Positions 1 through 10,051 of a stretch of DNA of 64,000 bases are shown here, piece by piece (position 1 is the stretch's first letter; the number at the start of each line of letters is the position of its first letter). Origin of the DNA: an uncultured delta proteobacterium (lineage in GTDB: Bacteria > Myxococcota > Kuafuiibacteriia > Kuafuiibacteriales > Kuafuiibacteriaceae); contig CAWDML010000001.1 of the NCBI GenBank assembly GCA_963803435.1, positions 1,408,001-1,472,000 on the forward strand, given 5' to 3'. Made by a program: the position numbers and the translations under genes. A model generated the notes under the pieces. That model was not told the origin of the DNA. It searched no databases and worked only from the letters and a program-made list of their open reading frames with translations.

Positions 1-367
1 TTCTTCGCCTCCGACGTCCTCGTGTGCGCCGCGGTCGACTTCACGGCGCCCGCTGGCGGACGCCTGGTGGTCGCGGGCCGGCCCAACGCGTTCTTGAGCC
101 GGGCCCCGGAGGTCTCCTTCCAGACGGTCTCGCGCCGCGCCGTGGAGAACGCGCTCGGTACCGTCCCGGTCGAGGTGAGCGTGGAGCTCGGACGTACGTC
201 GCTGACGATGCGCGAGATCGCGACCCTCGCCCCGGGCTCATTCATCGAACTCTCCTCGACGGTCGACACGCCGCTGCCGATCCGCTGCGAGGGCGTCCTC
301 AAGGCATACGGCCGCCCGGTCGTGTCCGAAGGCGCCGTCGCCGTCGAGATCATTCTCTTGGAGGTAA
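1..367 (+). CDS. fliM: Flagellar motor switch protein FliM, C-terminal SpoA domain (5' end outside window)
   Basis: VPVEVSVELGRTSLTMREIATLAPGSFIEL...G.PVV..G.VAVEI SpoA pattern immediately upstream of fliN. As given it reads through into fliN; removing one T at ~354 brings TAA 365-367 into frame. Confidence 0.7.
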
Positions 368-369
368 CC

Positions 370-675
370 ATGACGGCTGAACACGAATCTCTCGCCAACG
401 CTCCGAACCCGGCCTCGATCTCGCTCGAGAACATGCTGAGCGACGTCCCGCTCCAGATCTCGGTGGAGCTCGGCCGCATCACGATGAGCCTCCGCGAGGT
501 CGCGGATCGGCTCACGCCCGGCGCCGTGGTCTCGCTGGCCAAGGTGGCGGGTGAGAAGCTCGACGTGCGCATCAACAACCACCTGGTCGCTCGCGGCGAG
601 GCGGTGGCGGTCGGCGATCGCTACGGCATCCGGATCACCGATCTGGTCAGCTCGATCGACGGGAGAACGAAGTGA
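370..675 (+). CDS. fliN: Flagellar motor switch protein FliN
   Basis: GGAGG RBS at 360-364, ATG 370; LSDVPLQISVELGR...LDVRINNHLVARGEAVAVGDRYGIRITDL is the FliN signature. Confidence 0.9.
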   Translation: MTAEHESLANAPNPASISLENMLSDVPLQISVELGRITMSLREVADRLTPGAVVSLAKVAGEKLDVRINNHLVARGEAVAVGDRYGIRITDLVSSIDGRTK

Positions 676-1164
676 TGGATCCCTCCGCCCTCGCCTTCTG
701 CGCCCTGCTCGCCTCGGCGGCCCCCGCGGGCCACGAGACGCATCTCGCGCAGCCGGACCCCACGCCGCCGTTCAAGCCGCTGGCGGTGACGCTGGCGCTG
801 CTCGCAGCGGGCGCCGGCGCGTTCATCCTCACCAAGAAGATGAAGAAGGACGGCGCGGACACCGGTCGATCGATCGAGGTGGTCGCCTCCAAGATGCTCA
901 CCCCCAAGGTGCGTGTGGTCCTGGTGCGCACCGACGGCCGTGAGTTCCTCCTCTCGGTGGGGACCGAAGGCGCGGCCCTGATCAGCGAGTGGGCGGACGA
1001 CACCGCCGACATCGAGGTACCCCAGAATCGAATCGGCGGTTCCGGTCGCACCGATCGCACCGCCGACGCCGCGCGTGGAGCCGGCCGCGGTGGTCGACTG
1101 GTCCCCGGCCGTCGACGGTCTCATGGCCCTCCGCAAGAAGACCACCCGACGGAGCCACGCGTGA
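672..1164 (+). CDS. fliO: Flagellar export chaperone FliO (apparent 1-nt insertion at 1025-1029)
   Basis: TM segment then IEVVASKMLTPKVRVVLVRTDGREFLLSVG, between fliN and fliP. Changing GAATC to GATC at 1025 gives PQIESAVP...ALRKKTTRRSHA* ending at TGA 1162-1164, overlapping the fliP GTG. Confidence 0.7.
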
Positions 1165-1799
1165 GCGACCTCGGCCCATCGTCTGCAATCCAGCTTGCAG
1201 TCGTCCTCACCCTGATCACGCTGGCCCCCGCCCTCGTGCTCACCTGCACCACCTTCGCGCGCTTCGCGATCGTGTTCAGCTTCATGAAGCTGGGCCTGGG
1301 CACGCAGGGATCGCCGCCCAGCCAGGTCCTGGCCGGGCTCTCGCTGTTCATGACGATGTTCGTGATGGCGCCGGTGGCGGAGAAGATCCACACGGCTGCG
1401 CTCGCGCCCTACCTCGCCCACGAGATGGACGAGACCCAGGCGCTCGAGGCCGCCACGCCGCCGCTGCGGGGCTTCCTGCTGGCCCACACCGCCGAGAGCG
1501 ATCTGGGCCTGTTCTACGAGGTCTCCGACCTGGCCCGGCCCGACAGCCCCGACGACGTCCCGCTCCGGATCGCCGTGCCCGCCTTCGTCCTGTCGGAGCT
1601 CCGCACCGCCTTCCAGATGGGCTTCCTGGTCCTCCTCCCGTTCCTCATCATCGACCTCATCGTCGCCACCGTGCTCTCCAGCCTGGGCATGGTGATGTTG
1701 CCGCCGGCGGTCGTCGCCATGCCGATCAAGCTCCTGGTCTTCCTCGCGGCGGACGGCTGGTACCTGATGGTCGGCTCCCTCCTGAGAGGGGCGATGTGA
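1161..1799 (+). CDS. fliP: Flagellar export apparatus protein FliP
   Basis: LTLITLAPALV...TTFARFAIVFSF, PPSQVLAGLSLFMTMFVMAP, VPAFVLSELRTAFQMGF, LGMVMLPP; GTG start at 1161. Confidence 0.95.
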   Translation: MSDLGPSSAIQLAVVLTLITLAPALVLTCTTFARFAIVFSFMKLGLGTQGSPPSQVLAGLSLFMTMFVMAPVAEKIHTAALAPYLAHEMDETQALEAATPPLRGFLLAHTAESDLGLFYEVSDLARPDSPDDVPLRIAVPAFVLSELRTAFQMGFLVLLPFLIIDLIVATVLSSLGMVMLPPAVVAMPIKLLVFLAADGWYLMVGSLLRGAM

Positions 1800-2071
1800 T
1801 GGGCTCTCTGTTCGATCTCTGGCAGCAGGCGCTGATGGTCCTGGTGGTCGTCGGCGGCCCGTTCGTGTGCGCCGCGCTCGCTGTCGGTCTTTTGACCTCC
1901 CTGTTTCAGACCGCGACGCAGCTCCAGGAGAACGTGATCGCGTTCGTCCCCAAGCTCATCGCGATCGGCGCCGTCCTCACCTTCGGCGGCGCCTGGCTCC
2001 TCTCCCAGCTCGTCCGCTACTTCGACGCCGTCGGTCTCGCCGTCGAGCAGCTGGGCCGCATCTCGAATTGA
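1799..2071 (+). CDS. fliQ: Flagellar export apparatus protein FliQ
   Basis: 90 aa with VGLLTSLFQTATQLQENVIAFVPKL; TGATG overlap with fliP. Confidence 0.93.
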   Translation: MGSLFDLWQQALMVLVVVGGPFVCAALAVGLLTSLFQTATQLQENVIAFVPKLIAIGAVLTFGGAWLLSQLVRYFDAVGLAVEQLGRISN

Positions 2072-2151
2072 CGCGCCGTCGTCAGTCCCCCCGACGCTCG
2101 CCCCTCTCACCCGAACAACCTCGCAGCACGACGGTTGGTCTCGAGCTTGCA
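2068..2151 (+). promoter_or_regulatory. Sigma54 (-24/-12) promoter with upstream TGACG-N6-CGTCA enhancer site, before fliR
   Basis: TGGTCTCGAGCTTGCA at 2136-2151 has canonical GG-N10-GC spacing; palindromic TTGACGCGCCGTCGTCAG at 2068; same architecture recurs at 19015-19098. Confidence 0.7.
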
Positions 2152-2165
2152 CAAGCCACCGCTCG

Positions 2166-2888
2166 GTGCTGAGCGAAGCACATACCGCGGGCTTTCTGAT
2201 GATGTTCGCCCGTACCGCCGCCTGGGCGCAGGCGGCGCCGCTGGTCGGTGATCGCGTGGTGCCGGCCCGCGTGCGCGTGCTGTTCGCCGCCGGCGTGGCG
2301 GCGCCGCTGTCGCTCCTGCGCGCGGATGCCGACTACTCCCACCTGATCGCGACGCTCCCGTTCGAGATCCTCTTCGGTCTCCTGGCCGGCGCCGCCGCGC
2401 GGCTGATCCTGGCCGGCGCCGAGGCCGGCGGACAGCTCATCGGCCTGCAGCTCGGTCTCGGGTTCGCCGGGACCTACGACCCGATGGCGCAGGACGAATC
2501 GCTGCCGACGCGCCGGATCGCCTACGCGCTGGCCGCCCTCGCCTTCCTCTCGGCCGGCGGCCTCGAGGAGTCGATCCGGGTCCTCTCGCTCCCGCTCCCG
2601 ACCGACCTCACGCAGGCGCCGCTCCTGGCGCTCGCGCGCGAGGGCGCCGACGTCCTCTACACCGCCGCCCGCCTGGCCGCCCCGCTGCTCCTCGCCGGCC
2701 TGGTCGCGAACGTCACCGTCGCCTTCGCCTCCAAGGCCGCGCCCGCGCTCAACGTCTTCTCGGTGATGCTGGCGCTCTTCTGGATCGTCGGCGTCGCCGT
2801 CCTGCTGGTCACCGCGCCGCTGACCGCGCGCGAGCTCTCGAACGTCGGCCTCATGGCGCGCGACGCGATCGGGAGGATCCTCGGATGA
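2166..2888 (+). CDS. fliR: Flagellar export apparatus protein FliR
   Basis: Hydrophobic 240 aa with AGGQLIGLQLGLGFA..YDP and KAAPALNVFSV; precedes flhB. Confidence 0.9.
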   Translation: MLSEAHTAGFLMMFARTAAWAQAAPLVGDRVVPARVRVLFAAGVAAPLSLLRADADYSHLIATLPFEILFGLLAGAAARLILAGAEAGGQLIGLQLGLGFAGTYDPMAQDESLPTRRIAYALAALAFLSAGGLEESIRVLSLPLPTDLTQAPLLALAREGADVLYTAARLAAPLLLAGLVANVTVAFASKAAPALNVFSVMLALFWIVGVAVLLVTAPLTARELSNVGLMARDAIGRILG

Positions 2889-3946
2889 GCAACGAAGACC
2901 GCGATCGCAGGACCATCGAGCCGACTCCGCACCGTATCGCGGAGTTCAGGAAGCGCGGCGAGGTCGCCCGCTCCCCCAATCTCGGCGCCGCCGTCACCTC
3001 CGTCGCCGGCGCGCTCACCGCGGTGGCGATGTTCGGGACTGCACGCGGCTCGGTGGTCGAGTTCTTCCGCTCGACGCTCGGGTCGCTCGACCAGGGCCTC
3101 ACCCCCGCGCTGGCGGGACAGAGCGCGGTGGTGTTCGTGGGCGCCTGCCTCCCGGCCGCCGGCGGAGCGCTCGCCGGATACCTCGCCAGCACGGCGCTGC
3201 AGATCGGCGCCCCGCCGTCCCTGGCCCCGTTCAAGTTCGAGCCGCAGCGCGCGTTCCAGCTCAGCGGCCTCAAGCAGCTCTTCGACCTGCGAGAATCGGC
3301 CTGGCGCGTCCTCAAGTCCGTCCTCAAGCTGGCCCTGGTCGGCGCCTTCGCCTGGGGCGGCCTCTCGTCGGACCTCGACGCGATCTCGGTCAGCGGCAAC
3401 CTCAGCGCCGACGGGATCCTCGAGTTCGTCGCGCACTCGATCGGCCGCCTGGTCGCCTCCGCGGGCATCGCGCTGGTCGTGCTCGGCATCGCCGACTTCG
3501 TGGTCTCGAAGCGCCGCCTGATGGCGCGCATGCGCATGACGCCCGAGGAGCTCAAGCGCGAGATGAAGGACCAGGAAGGCGATCCGGACATCAAGCGGCG
3601 GCGCCGGGCCCGCATGCGCGAGCTCGCGCGCCGGCGCATCGCGGTCGAGGTCCCCAAGGCGGACGTCATCGTCCTCAACCCGACGCACTACGCCGTCGCG
3701 ATCCGCTACCGGTCGGAGGAAGGCGGCGCGCCGCGCGTGGTCGCCAAGGGCAAGGACGCCGTCGCCGCCAAGATCCGCGAGATCGCCCGCGCCAACGACA
3801 TCCCGATGCTCCGCAAGCCCTCGCTGGCCCGGCTGCTCTACAAGACCGTTCGCGAGGGCGCCGAGATCCCGCCGAACCTCTACCGCGCGGTGGCTGAGGT
3901 CCTCGCGTACATCTACCGGCTCCGCAAGGGGAGGACCGCCTCATGA
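2885..3946 (+). CDS. flhB: Flagellar export substrate-switch protein FlhB
   Basis: RTIEPTPHR..EFRKRGEVARS, MTPEELKREMKDQEGDP, NPTHYAVA autocleavage motif, APRVVAKG. Confidence 0.96.
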   Translation: MSNEDRDRRTIEPTPHRIAEFRKRGEVARSPNLGAAVTSVAGALTAVAMFGTARGSVVEFFRSTLGSLDQGLTPALAGQSAVVFVGACLPAAGGALAGYLASTALQIGAPPSLAPFKFEPQRAFQLSGLKQLFDLRESAWRVLKSVLKLALVGAFAWGGLSSDLDAISVSGNLSADGILEFVAHSIGRLVASAGIALVVLGIADFVVSKRRLMARMRMTPEELKREMKDQEGDPDIKRRRRARMRELARRRIAVEVPKADVIVLNPTHYAVAIRYRSEEGGAPRVVAKGKDAVAAKIREIARANDIPMLRKPSLARLLYKTVREGAEIPPNLYRAVAEVLAYIYRLRKGRTAS

Positions 3947-6009
3947 CGACCGTCGCGCTTCCCCGGCCCTCCGCGAGCAACTCGGCGGCGTCCCTGTTCC
4001 TCTTGGGCGCCGTGATGCTCACGGTCGTCCCGCTGCCGGCGCCGCTGCTCGATCTCTTCCTGGCCTTCAGCCTCTGCCTCGCCCTCCTCACCTTCATGGT
4101 GGCGCTGTTCGTCGAGAAGCCCCTCGAGTTCTCCTCGTTCCCCTCGCTGCTCCTCCTGGTGACGCTGTTCCGGCTGTCGCTCAACGTCGCCACCACGCGC
4201 CGCATCCTGCTGCACGGCGGAGAAGGGGTAGACGCGGCCGGCGGGATCATCGCCGCGTTCGGCGAGTTCGCCGTCGGCGGCAACTACGTCGTCGGCGCCG
4301 TGGTGTTCCTCATCCTGGTGGTCGTCAACTTCATCGTCATCACCAAGGGCGCCGAGCGCATCTCCGAGGTGGCCGCCCGCTTCACCCTCGACTCGATGCC
4401 CGGCAAGCAGATGGCCATCGACGCCGACCTCGGCGCCGGCCTCATCACCGAGGACGACGCCCGCGATCGCCGCCACCAGATCGAGGCACAGGCCGACTTC
4501 TACGGCGCCATGGACGGCGCCTCCAAGTTCGTCCGCGGCGACGCCGTCGCCGGCCTCCTCATCACCGCCATCAACATCGTCGGCGGCATCTTGGTCGGCA
4601 TGGTCCAGAACGGGATGTCGATCGCCGACGCCGCCAAGACCTTCACCATCCTCTCCATCGGCGACGGCCTGGTCTCCCAGATCCCGGCGCTGCTCGTCTC
4701 CACCGGCGCGGCCCTGCTCACCACGCGCAGCGGCACGCAGGGCGACCTCGGCCTCTCGCTGGGCCAGCAGCTGTTCGCGCGGCCCCGCCCCCTGACCGTG
4801 GCGGCGTTCGCGATGTGCGGGTTGGCGCTGGTCCCGGGCATGCCGCACCTGGTCCTGCTCGGGCTCGGCGGCGGGCTGGTGATGATCTCGCGCCGACGCC
4901 GCAGTGCGCCCGGCACCGCGGAGTCCAAGGTCGAGCGCCCGAAGGTCGAGGACAAGCTGGATCCGAACGCCCAGAAGGCCGAGATCGCCGACCTCCTCCC
5001 GGTCGACCTCCTCTCCATCCGCGTGGCCCTCGACCTGCTGCCGCTGGTCGACGCCGATCGCAACGGCGAGCTCCTGGTCCGGATCGCCTCCATCCGCAAG
5101 CAGCTGGCCCTCGAGCTGGGCGTGATCATGCCGCCGGTCCACGTGCAGGACGACCTGCAGCTCAGCTCAGGCGACTACGAGGTGCTGATCTCGGGCGTCC
5201 CGCTGGCGAAGGGCCGCGTCCGACTGGGCCGCCTCCTCGCGATCGACCCCACCGGGACCTGCACCCACAAGCTCGCGGGCGAGGCCTGCGAGGAGCCGGC
5301 GTTCGGCCTGCCCGCCAAGTGGATCACGGCCTCGCTCCGCGACCGCGCCGAGAGCGACGGCTGCACCGTGGTCGACCCCTCCGCGGTGATCGCGACGCAC
5401 CTGACCCACGTGATCCGCTCGCACGCCCACGAGCTCCTCGGCCGCGCCGAGGCGCAGGAGCTGATCGACATCGCGGCGCGGCAGAACGAGAAGGTGGTCG
5501 AGGAGCTCATCCCGACCGTCCTCCCGCTCTCCGAGGTCATCAAGGTCTTCCGCGGCCTGCTGCGCGAGTCGATCTCGATCCGCGACGTTCGCACCATCCT
5601 CGAGTGCCTGGCGGATCACGCGGCTGTCACCAAGAACCCCGCGGATCTGACCGAGCTGGTCCGCCAGCGGCTGGCCCGGCAGATCACACAGGCCAACGTC
5701 GACGCCAAGGGCGAGCTCTCCGCGATGATCCTGGCGCCGCAGGTCGAGGCCGTCTTCCGGCCCGGCCGCGAGTCGCTCAGCCCCGACGCCCTCTCGCGCG
5801 CCGCCGCCGCCATCGAGCGCGCCGCCAAGGCCGCCTCACTCTCTGACGACTCGCTGGTGCTGGTGGTCGCGCCCGACGTACGGCGCACCATCGCCGAGAT
5901 CGCGCTCCGGCACGTGCCGGGCCTCTCGGTGCTCAGCTTCCGCGAGATCGACCCGAGCGTTCCGCTCGTGACCCGCCGCATCGTCGGCTTCGAGGAGTCC
6001 GCTTCATGA
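3943..6009 (+). CDS. flhA: Flagellar export gate protein FlhA
   Basis: FSSFPSLLLLVTLFRLSLNVATTR, RISEVAARFTLDSMPGKQMAIDADL, FYGAMDGASKFVRGDA, GDGLVSQIP. Confidence 0.98.
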   Translation: MTTVALPRPSASNSAASLFLLGAVMLTVVPLPAPLLDLFLAFSLCLALLTFMVALFVEKPLEFSSFPSLLLLVTLFRLSLNVATTRRILLHGGEGVDAAGGIIAAFGEFAVGGNYVVGAVVFLILVVVNFIVITKGAERISEVAARFTLDSMPGKQMAIDADLGAGLITEDDARDRRHQIEAQADFYGAMDGASKFVRGDAVAGLLITAINIVGGILVGMVQNGMSIADAAKTFTILSIGDGLVSQIPALLVSTGAALLTTRSGTQGDLGLSLGQQLFARPRPLTVAAFAMCGLALVPGMPHLVLLGLGGGLVMISRRRRSAPGTAESKVERPKVEDKLDPNAQKAEIADLLPVDLLSIRVALDLLPLVDADRNGELLVRIASIRKQLALELGVIMPPVHVQDDLQLSSGDYEVLISGVPLAKGRVRLGRLLAIDPTGTCTHKLAGEACEEPAFGLPAKWITASLRDRAESDGCTVVDPSAVIATHLTHVIRSHAHELLGRAEAQELIDIAARQNEKVVEELIPTVLPLSEVIKVFRGLLRESISIRDVRTILECLADHAAVTKNPADLTELVRQRLARQITQANVDAKGELSAMILAPQVEAVFRPGRESLSPDALSRAAAAIERAAKAASLSDDSLVLVVAPDVRRTIAEIALRHVPGLSVLSFREIDPSVPLVTRRIVGFEESAS

Positions 6010-7001
6010 AACTTCGTAAGTTCGTCGCCGCCCGCACCACGGATGCCCTGGCGCAGATCAAGGCCGAGCTCGGGCCCGACGCGATCATCGTGTCGATCCG
6101 AGATCTGCCGAAGAGCGCAGGGGGACCGAAGGTCGAGGTGACCGCCGCCGTCGATCCGACGGACGAGGCGCCCACGCCCAAGGCCTCGACCGTGGCCGCC
6201 GACCCGGACATGAGCGCACTCCGCTCGGAGATCGAAGCGCTGCGCCGCGAGGTCTCCTCCTCCGGCGAGAGCGCCTCGCTGAAGAACGAGCTCGACGACC
6301 TGAGGCAGCTGATCATGACCCAGCGCGTCGACACCGTGGACGGCTCGACGCTCCGCACCGTCGCCCGCGGCCGTACGCTGACCGCGCCCTCCGACAGCCG
6401 GGTGGTGGCGGTGGTGGGTCCGACCGGGGCCGGCAAGACGACGACCATCGCCAAGATCGCCGCGCGGGCCGCACTCGTCCGCACCGAGTCGGTCGCGATC
6501 ATCACGCTCGATACGTACCGCGTGGGTGGCGAGCAGCAGATGCGGATCTTCGCCGACCTGATCGGCGCCCCGCTCTACACCGTCCGCGACCCGACCAAGC
6601 TCCCGGAGATCGTCTCCCGGCTGGCTGCGTACGACCGGATCTACATCGACACGGCCGGCCGCAGCCCCTCCGCCGAGGCGGAGATCAACCTGACCATGTC
6701 CGCCCTGGCCGCCGTCGACGGGGTCGAGGTCCACCTGGTCGTCCCCGCGGACTCGCGCGCCGGCACCATCGACCGCTGGGTCGAACGGATCGGCAAGAGC
6801 CGGGTCGACCGCTTGCTCTTCACGAAGATCGACGAGGCCGAGACCCTCTCCGAGGTCGTCCTCGCGCCGGTGCGCCTCGGGTGCCCGGTCAGCTTCATCA
6901 CCACCGGGCAGCGCGTGCCCGAGGACATCGTACAGGCCACCGACGGCCGGCTGCTCGCGATCGCGGGCGAAGGTGCGCGCGGAAAGAAGGAGGCTGCGTA
7001 A
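6006..7001 (+). CDS. flhF: SRP-family GTPase FlhF
   Basis: N-terminal IKAELGPDAIIVS; GPTGAGKTTTIAK, DTYRVG, DTAGRS, TKIDE, TTGQRVPEDI. Confidence 0.93.
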   Translation: MKLRKFVAARTTDALAQIKAELGPDAIIVSIRDLPKSAGGPKVEVTAAVDPTDEAPTPKASTVAADPDMSALRSEIEALRREVSSSGESASLKNELDDLRQLIMTQRVDTVDGSTLRTVARGRTLTAPSDSRVVAVVGPTGAGKTTTIAKIAARAALVRTESVAIITLDTYRVGGEQQMRIFADLIGAPLYTVRDPTKLPEIVSRLAAYDRIYIDTAGRSPSAEAEINLTMSALAAVDGVEVHLVVPADSRAGTIDRWVERIGKSRVDRLLFTKIDEAETLSEVVLAPVRLGCPVSFITTGQRVPEDIVQATDGRLLAIAGEGARGKKEAA

Positions 7002-7822
7002 TGAACCAAACGCAAGCCGACGGCATCACCGAGCTCCGTCCCAACAACATCGTCGCCCTGCCGAGCAAGCGGCGCTTCGTCGCCGTCACGGGCGGCAAGG
7101 GCGGCGTCGGCAAGAGCACGATCGCCCTCAACCTCGCGGTCGCCTACGCGCACCGCGGGAACAGCACGATCGCGATCGACGGCGACTTCGGGATGGCGGA
7201 CCTCAATCTGCTGCTCGGGCTCGCTCCGCACCACAGCATGCTGGACGTGGTGGACGGCCTCTCGATCGACGACGCGCTGATCGAGAGCAACGGCATCCAC
7301 CTCCTGCCCGGCCTCAACGGCAGCCACCGGCTCGCCAACGCCGATCGCCAGGCCCACCAGAAGATGATGGAGGTGATCGGACAGCTCCGGCACCGCTTCG
7401 ACACGGTGGTGGTCGACTCGCCGGCGGGCATCGAGAAGAACGCCATGGCGATCACCGCGATGGCCACCGAGGTCCTGGTGGTGGCGACGCCCGAGCCGCT
7501 CTCGCTCGCGGACGCCTATGCGGCGATGAAGATCCTCAACACGATGCACGGGCTCGAGCGGGCCTTCCTGGTCCCGAACCAGATCCGCTCGGCGGGACAG
7601 GCGGACGAGCTGGCCGCGCAGCTCACGGCGCTGGTGGGGCACTTCCTGGGCCTCGAGCTGATCGTCCTCCCGTACATCCCGTACGACGCGGCGGTCCCGC
7701 GGGCGGCCGCGGCCGGCAAGCCGATCATCACCAGCCGCCCCGACTCGCCGATCAGCCGGAGCCTCCACAAGGTGGTGCGCGCCCTGGAGACCCACCTGGG
7801 CACGCCGGAGGTCGCCCGATGA
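7001..7822 (+). CDS. flhG: MinD-like ATPase FlhG/FleN, copy 1
   Basis: GGKGGVGKS deviant Walker A, DGDFGMADLNLLLG, ATPEPLSLADAYA; lies between flhF and fliA. Confidence 0.9.
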   Translation: MNQTQADGITELRPNNIVALPSKRRFVAVTGGKGGVGKSTIALNLAVAYAHRGNSTIAIDGDFGMADLNLLLGLAPHHSMLDVVDGLSIDDALIESNGIHLLPGLNGSHRLANADRQAHQKMMEVIGQLRHRFDTVVVDSPAGIEKNAMAITAMATEVLVVATPEPLSLADAYAAMKILNTMHGLERAFLVPNQIRSAGQADELAAQLTALVGHFLGLELIVLPYIPYDAAVPRAAAAGKPIITSRPDSPISRSLHKVVRALETHLGTPEVAR

Positions 7823-8536
7823 GAGCGCACGCCTACGCCCGGTCGCGCGACGAGGACTCGCGCGAGCAGCTGATCATCGACAACGTGGCGATGGCCCGCC
7901 GGATCGCCCGGCGCATCGGTCGAAACGTCGACCCCGCCACCCGCGACGATCTCGAGGCGACCGCGATGATGGGCCTGGTCGAGGCCGCCAAGCGGTACGA
8001 CTTCTCGCGGGCCGAGCCGTTCCCCGCCTTCGCGTTCCGCCGGGTGCGCGGCGCGGTGATCGACTCGATCCGGAAGAACGACCTGGTGCCCCGCCGCGTG
8101 CGCACGCTGGTCAAGCAGGCCGGCGCCGCCATCGCGGAGCTCGAGCAGAAGCTCGGGCGCACGCCGGAGGACGAGGAGGTCGCCGCCTGGCTCGAGATCC
8201 CGGTCGAGGACTACCGCGCGGACCTGCAGGCCGTGGCCGAGGTCAGCTTCGTCGAGCTCGGGCCCTACCTGGAGAGCCAGACGGCCGACCGTGCGGAGGC
8301 TTCGGATTCCGACGCATCGGATCGAGCGCGCCGATCTGGTCCGCTCGATCCGCGCCGGCCTGAGCAAGCTCGAGCCGCGGGACGCCAAGCTGTTGATGCT
8401 CTACTACGTGGAGGAGCTCACCTACTCCGAGATCGGGCGCGTGCTCGAGATCAGCGAGGCGCGGGTCTGCCAACTCCACTCACGCGCGCTGGTCCGGCTG
8501 CGCGCCGCCGTCGAGGCGGACCAGAAGGAGGTCTGA
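7819..8536 (+). CDS. fliA: RNA polymerase sigma28 FliA, copy 1 (apparent 1-nt insertion at 8305-8309)
   Basis: DDLEATAMMGLVEAAKRYD...FAFRRVRGAVIDSIR, then LYYVEELTYSEIGRVLEISEARVCQLHSRAL in the next frame; GATTC to GATC restores SDPTHRIERADL. Confidence 0.9.
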
Positions 8537-8537
8537 G

Positions 8538-9242
8538 ATGTCGAAAGGGATCTACGCGGCCACGTCGGGCGCGGTCGCCATGGAGCGCGCGCTGGACGTC
8601 ACCGCCCAGAACGTCGCCAACGCCAGCACCACCGGATACCGGGCGCGCCGGGTCTCGTTCGCGGAGACGCTGAAGGGCGCCGTCGGCGCCGCCGCCGTCC
8701 GCGCCGAGGGCCCGTCGATCGACACGCGCACCGGTCACATCGAGTCCACCGAGAACCCGCTCGACGTCGCGATCGAGGGCAAGGGCTACCTGGTGGTCGA
8801 CTCGGATCGCGGACCGCTGCTCACCCGCGCCGGGAACCTGCACGTGCGGCCCGACGGCCTGCTGTGCGACGGCTCCGGCCTCCCGATCCTCGGGAAGGAC
8901 GGCCCCATCTCCGTCCCACCGGATGCGCCCGACGTGCACATCGCCGCCGACGGCACCGTCTCCGCCGGCAGCACCGCCATCGGCACCCTCCTGGTCGTCA
9001 ATGCCGCCGACGAGGGGCTGGTCGCCGAGGGAGATCATATGCGTGCCATGCCCGGCACACCGCTTGCGGAGAGCACAGAACCGATGCTGCACCCGGGCGC
9101 GCTCGAGAAGCCGAACTTCGACGTCGTCGAAGGCATGGCCGATTCGATCCGCACCACCCGCGCCTACGAGGCGCTCACCCGTACGATTCAAACCTTCAGC
9201 GACGTCGATGCTCGCACCGCCCGCAGCGGCGGGAAGAGCTGA
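8538..9242 (+). CDS. flgF: Flagellar basal-body rod protein FlgF
   Basis: GIYAATSG...LDVTAQNVANASTTGY, TENPLDVAIEGKGY, LTRAGNL, GALEKPN. Confidence 0.85.
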   Translation: MSKGIYAATSGAVAMERALDVTAQNVANASTTGYRARRVSFAETLKGAVGAAAVRAEGPSIDTRTGHIESTENPLDVAIEGKGYLVVDSDRGPLLTRAGNLHVRPDGLLCDGSGLPILGKDGPISVPPDAPDVHIAADGTVSAGSTAIGTLLVVNAADEGLVAEGDHMRAMPGTPLAESTEPMLHPGALEKPNFDVVEGMADSIRTTRAYEALTRTIQTFSDVDARTARSGGKS

Positions 9243-9253
9243 GGAGGACGCCC

Positions 9254-10039
9254 ATGCTTCGCTCACTTTCCACGGCCGCCAGCGGAATGCAGGCCCTCCA
9301 GACGCAGCTCGACGTCACCGCCAACAACATCGCGAACGTCTCCACGCCCGGGTTCAAGAAGAGCCGCGTCGAGTTCGAGAACCTCATGGTCCAGACCATG
9401 CGCGCTCCCGGGACGCCGACCGGCGAGGACACCATGACGCCGACCGGCCTCGAGGTCGGCATGGGTGTGCGGACGTACGGCACCGAGCGCAGCCATGTGC
9501 AAGGCAGCCTGCAGCAGACGGGCAACCCCCTCGACCTCGCCATCGAGGGCGAAGGCTTCTTCCAGGTCGAGCTCCCCAGCGGCGAGACCGGCTACACGCG
9601 GGCCGGCAGCTTCCAGAAGGACGCCGAGGGCCGCCTGGTCACGCCGCAGGGCATGCTGCTCGCCGGCGAGATTGAGCTGCCGCCCGACGCAGAGACCGTC
9701 GCCGTCTCCGCGGACGGCGTGATCAACGTGACCATCCCCGGACAGCCCGAGCCCGTCGAGGTGGGGCGCGTCGAGCTCGCCACCTTCGCCAATCCGGCCG
9801 GCCTGCTGGCCATGGACCACAACATGTTCCGCGAGACGGCCGCCTCCGGCTCGCCGGTCACCGGCGCCCCCGGCGAGAACGGCACCGGGCCGCTGACCCA
9901 GGGCGCGATCGAGATGTCGAACGTGAAGATCGTCGAGGAGATGATCGACCTGATCTCCGGCCAGCGCGCCTACGAGGTGAACTCGCGCGTCATCAAGGCC
10001 GCCGACGAGATGCTCCAGCAGGCCTCGAACCTCCGCTAG
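9254..10039 (+). CDS. flgG: Flagellar distal rod protein FlgG
   Basis: MLRSLSTAASGMQA...ANNIANVSTPGFKKSR, TGNPLDLAIEGEGFFQV, YTRAGSF, EMSNVKIVEEMIDLISGQRAYEVNS; 261 aa. Confidence 0.96.
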   Translation: MLRSLSTAASGMQALQTQLDVTANNIANVSTPGFKKSRVEFENLMVQTMRAPGTPTGEDTMTPTGLEVGMGVRTYGTERSHVQGSLQQTGNPLDLAIEGEGFFQVELPSGETGYTRAGSFQKDAEGRLVTPQGMLLAGEIELPPDAETVAVSADGVINVTIPGQPEPVEVGRVELATFANPAGLLAMDHNMFRETAASGSPVTGAPGENGTGPLTQGAIEMSNVKIVEEMIDLISGQRAYEVNSRVIKAADEMLQQASNLR

Positions 10040-10051
10040 AGGACACCACCG

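Noticed and set aside
22-675. Apparent FliM-FliN fusion
   Set aside because: fliN has its own RBS and ATG at 370, and deleting one T near a GATC gives fliM a stop at 365-367; more likely an error than a fusion.
672-1799. Apparent FliO-FliP fusion (375-aa ORF)
   Set aside because: The linker is out-of-frame sequence; GAATC to GATC at 1025 yields separate genes with a GTGA overlap.
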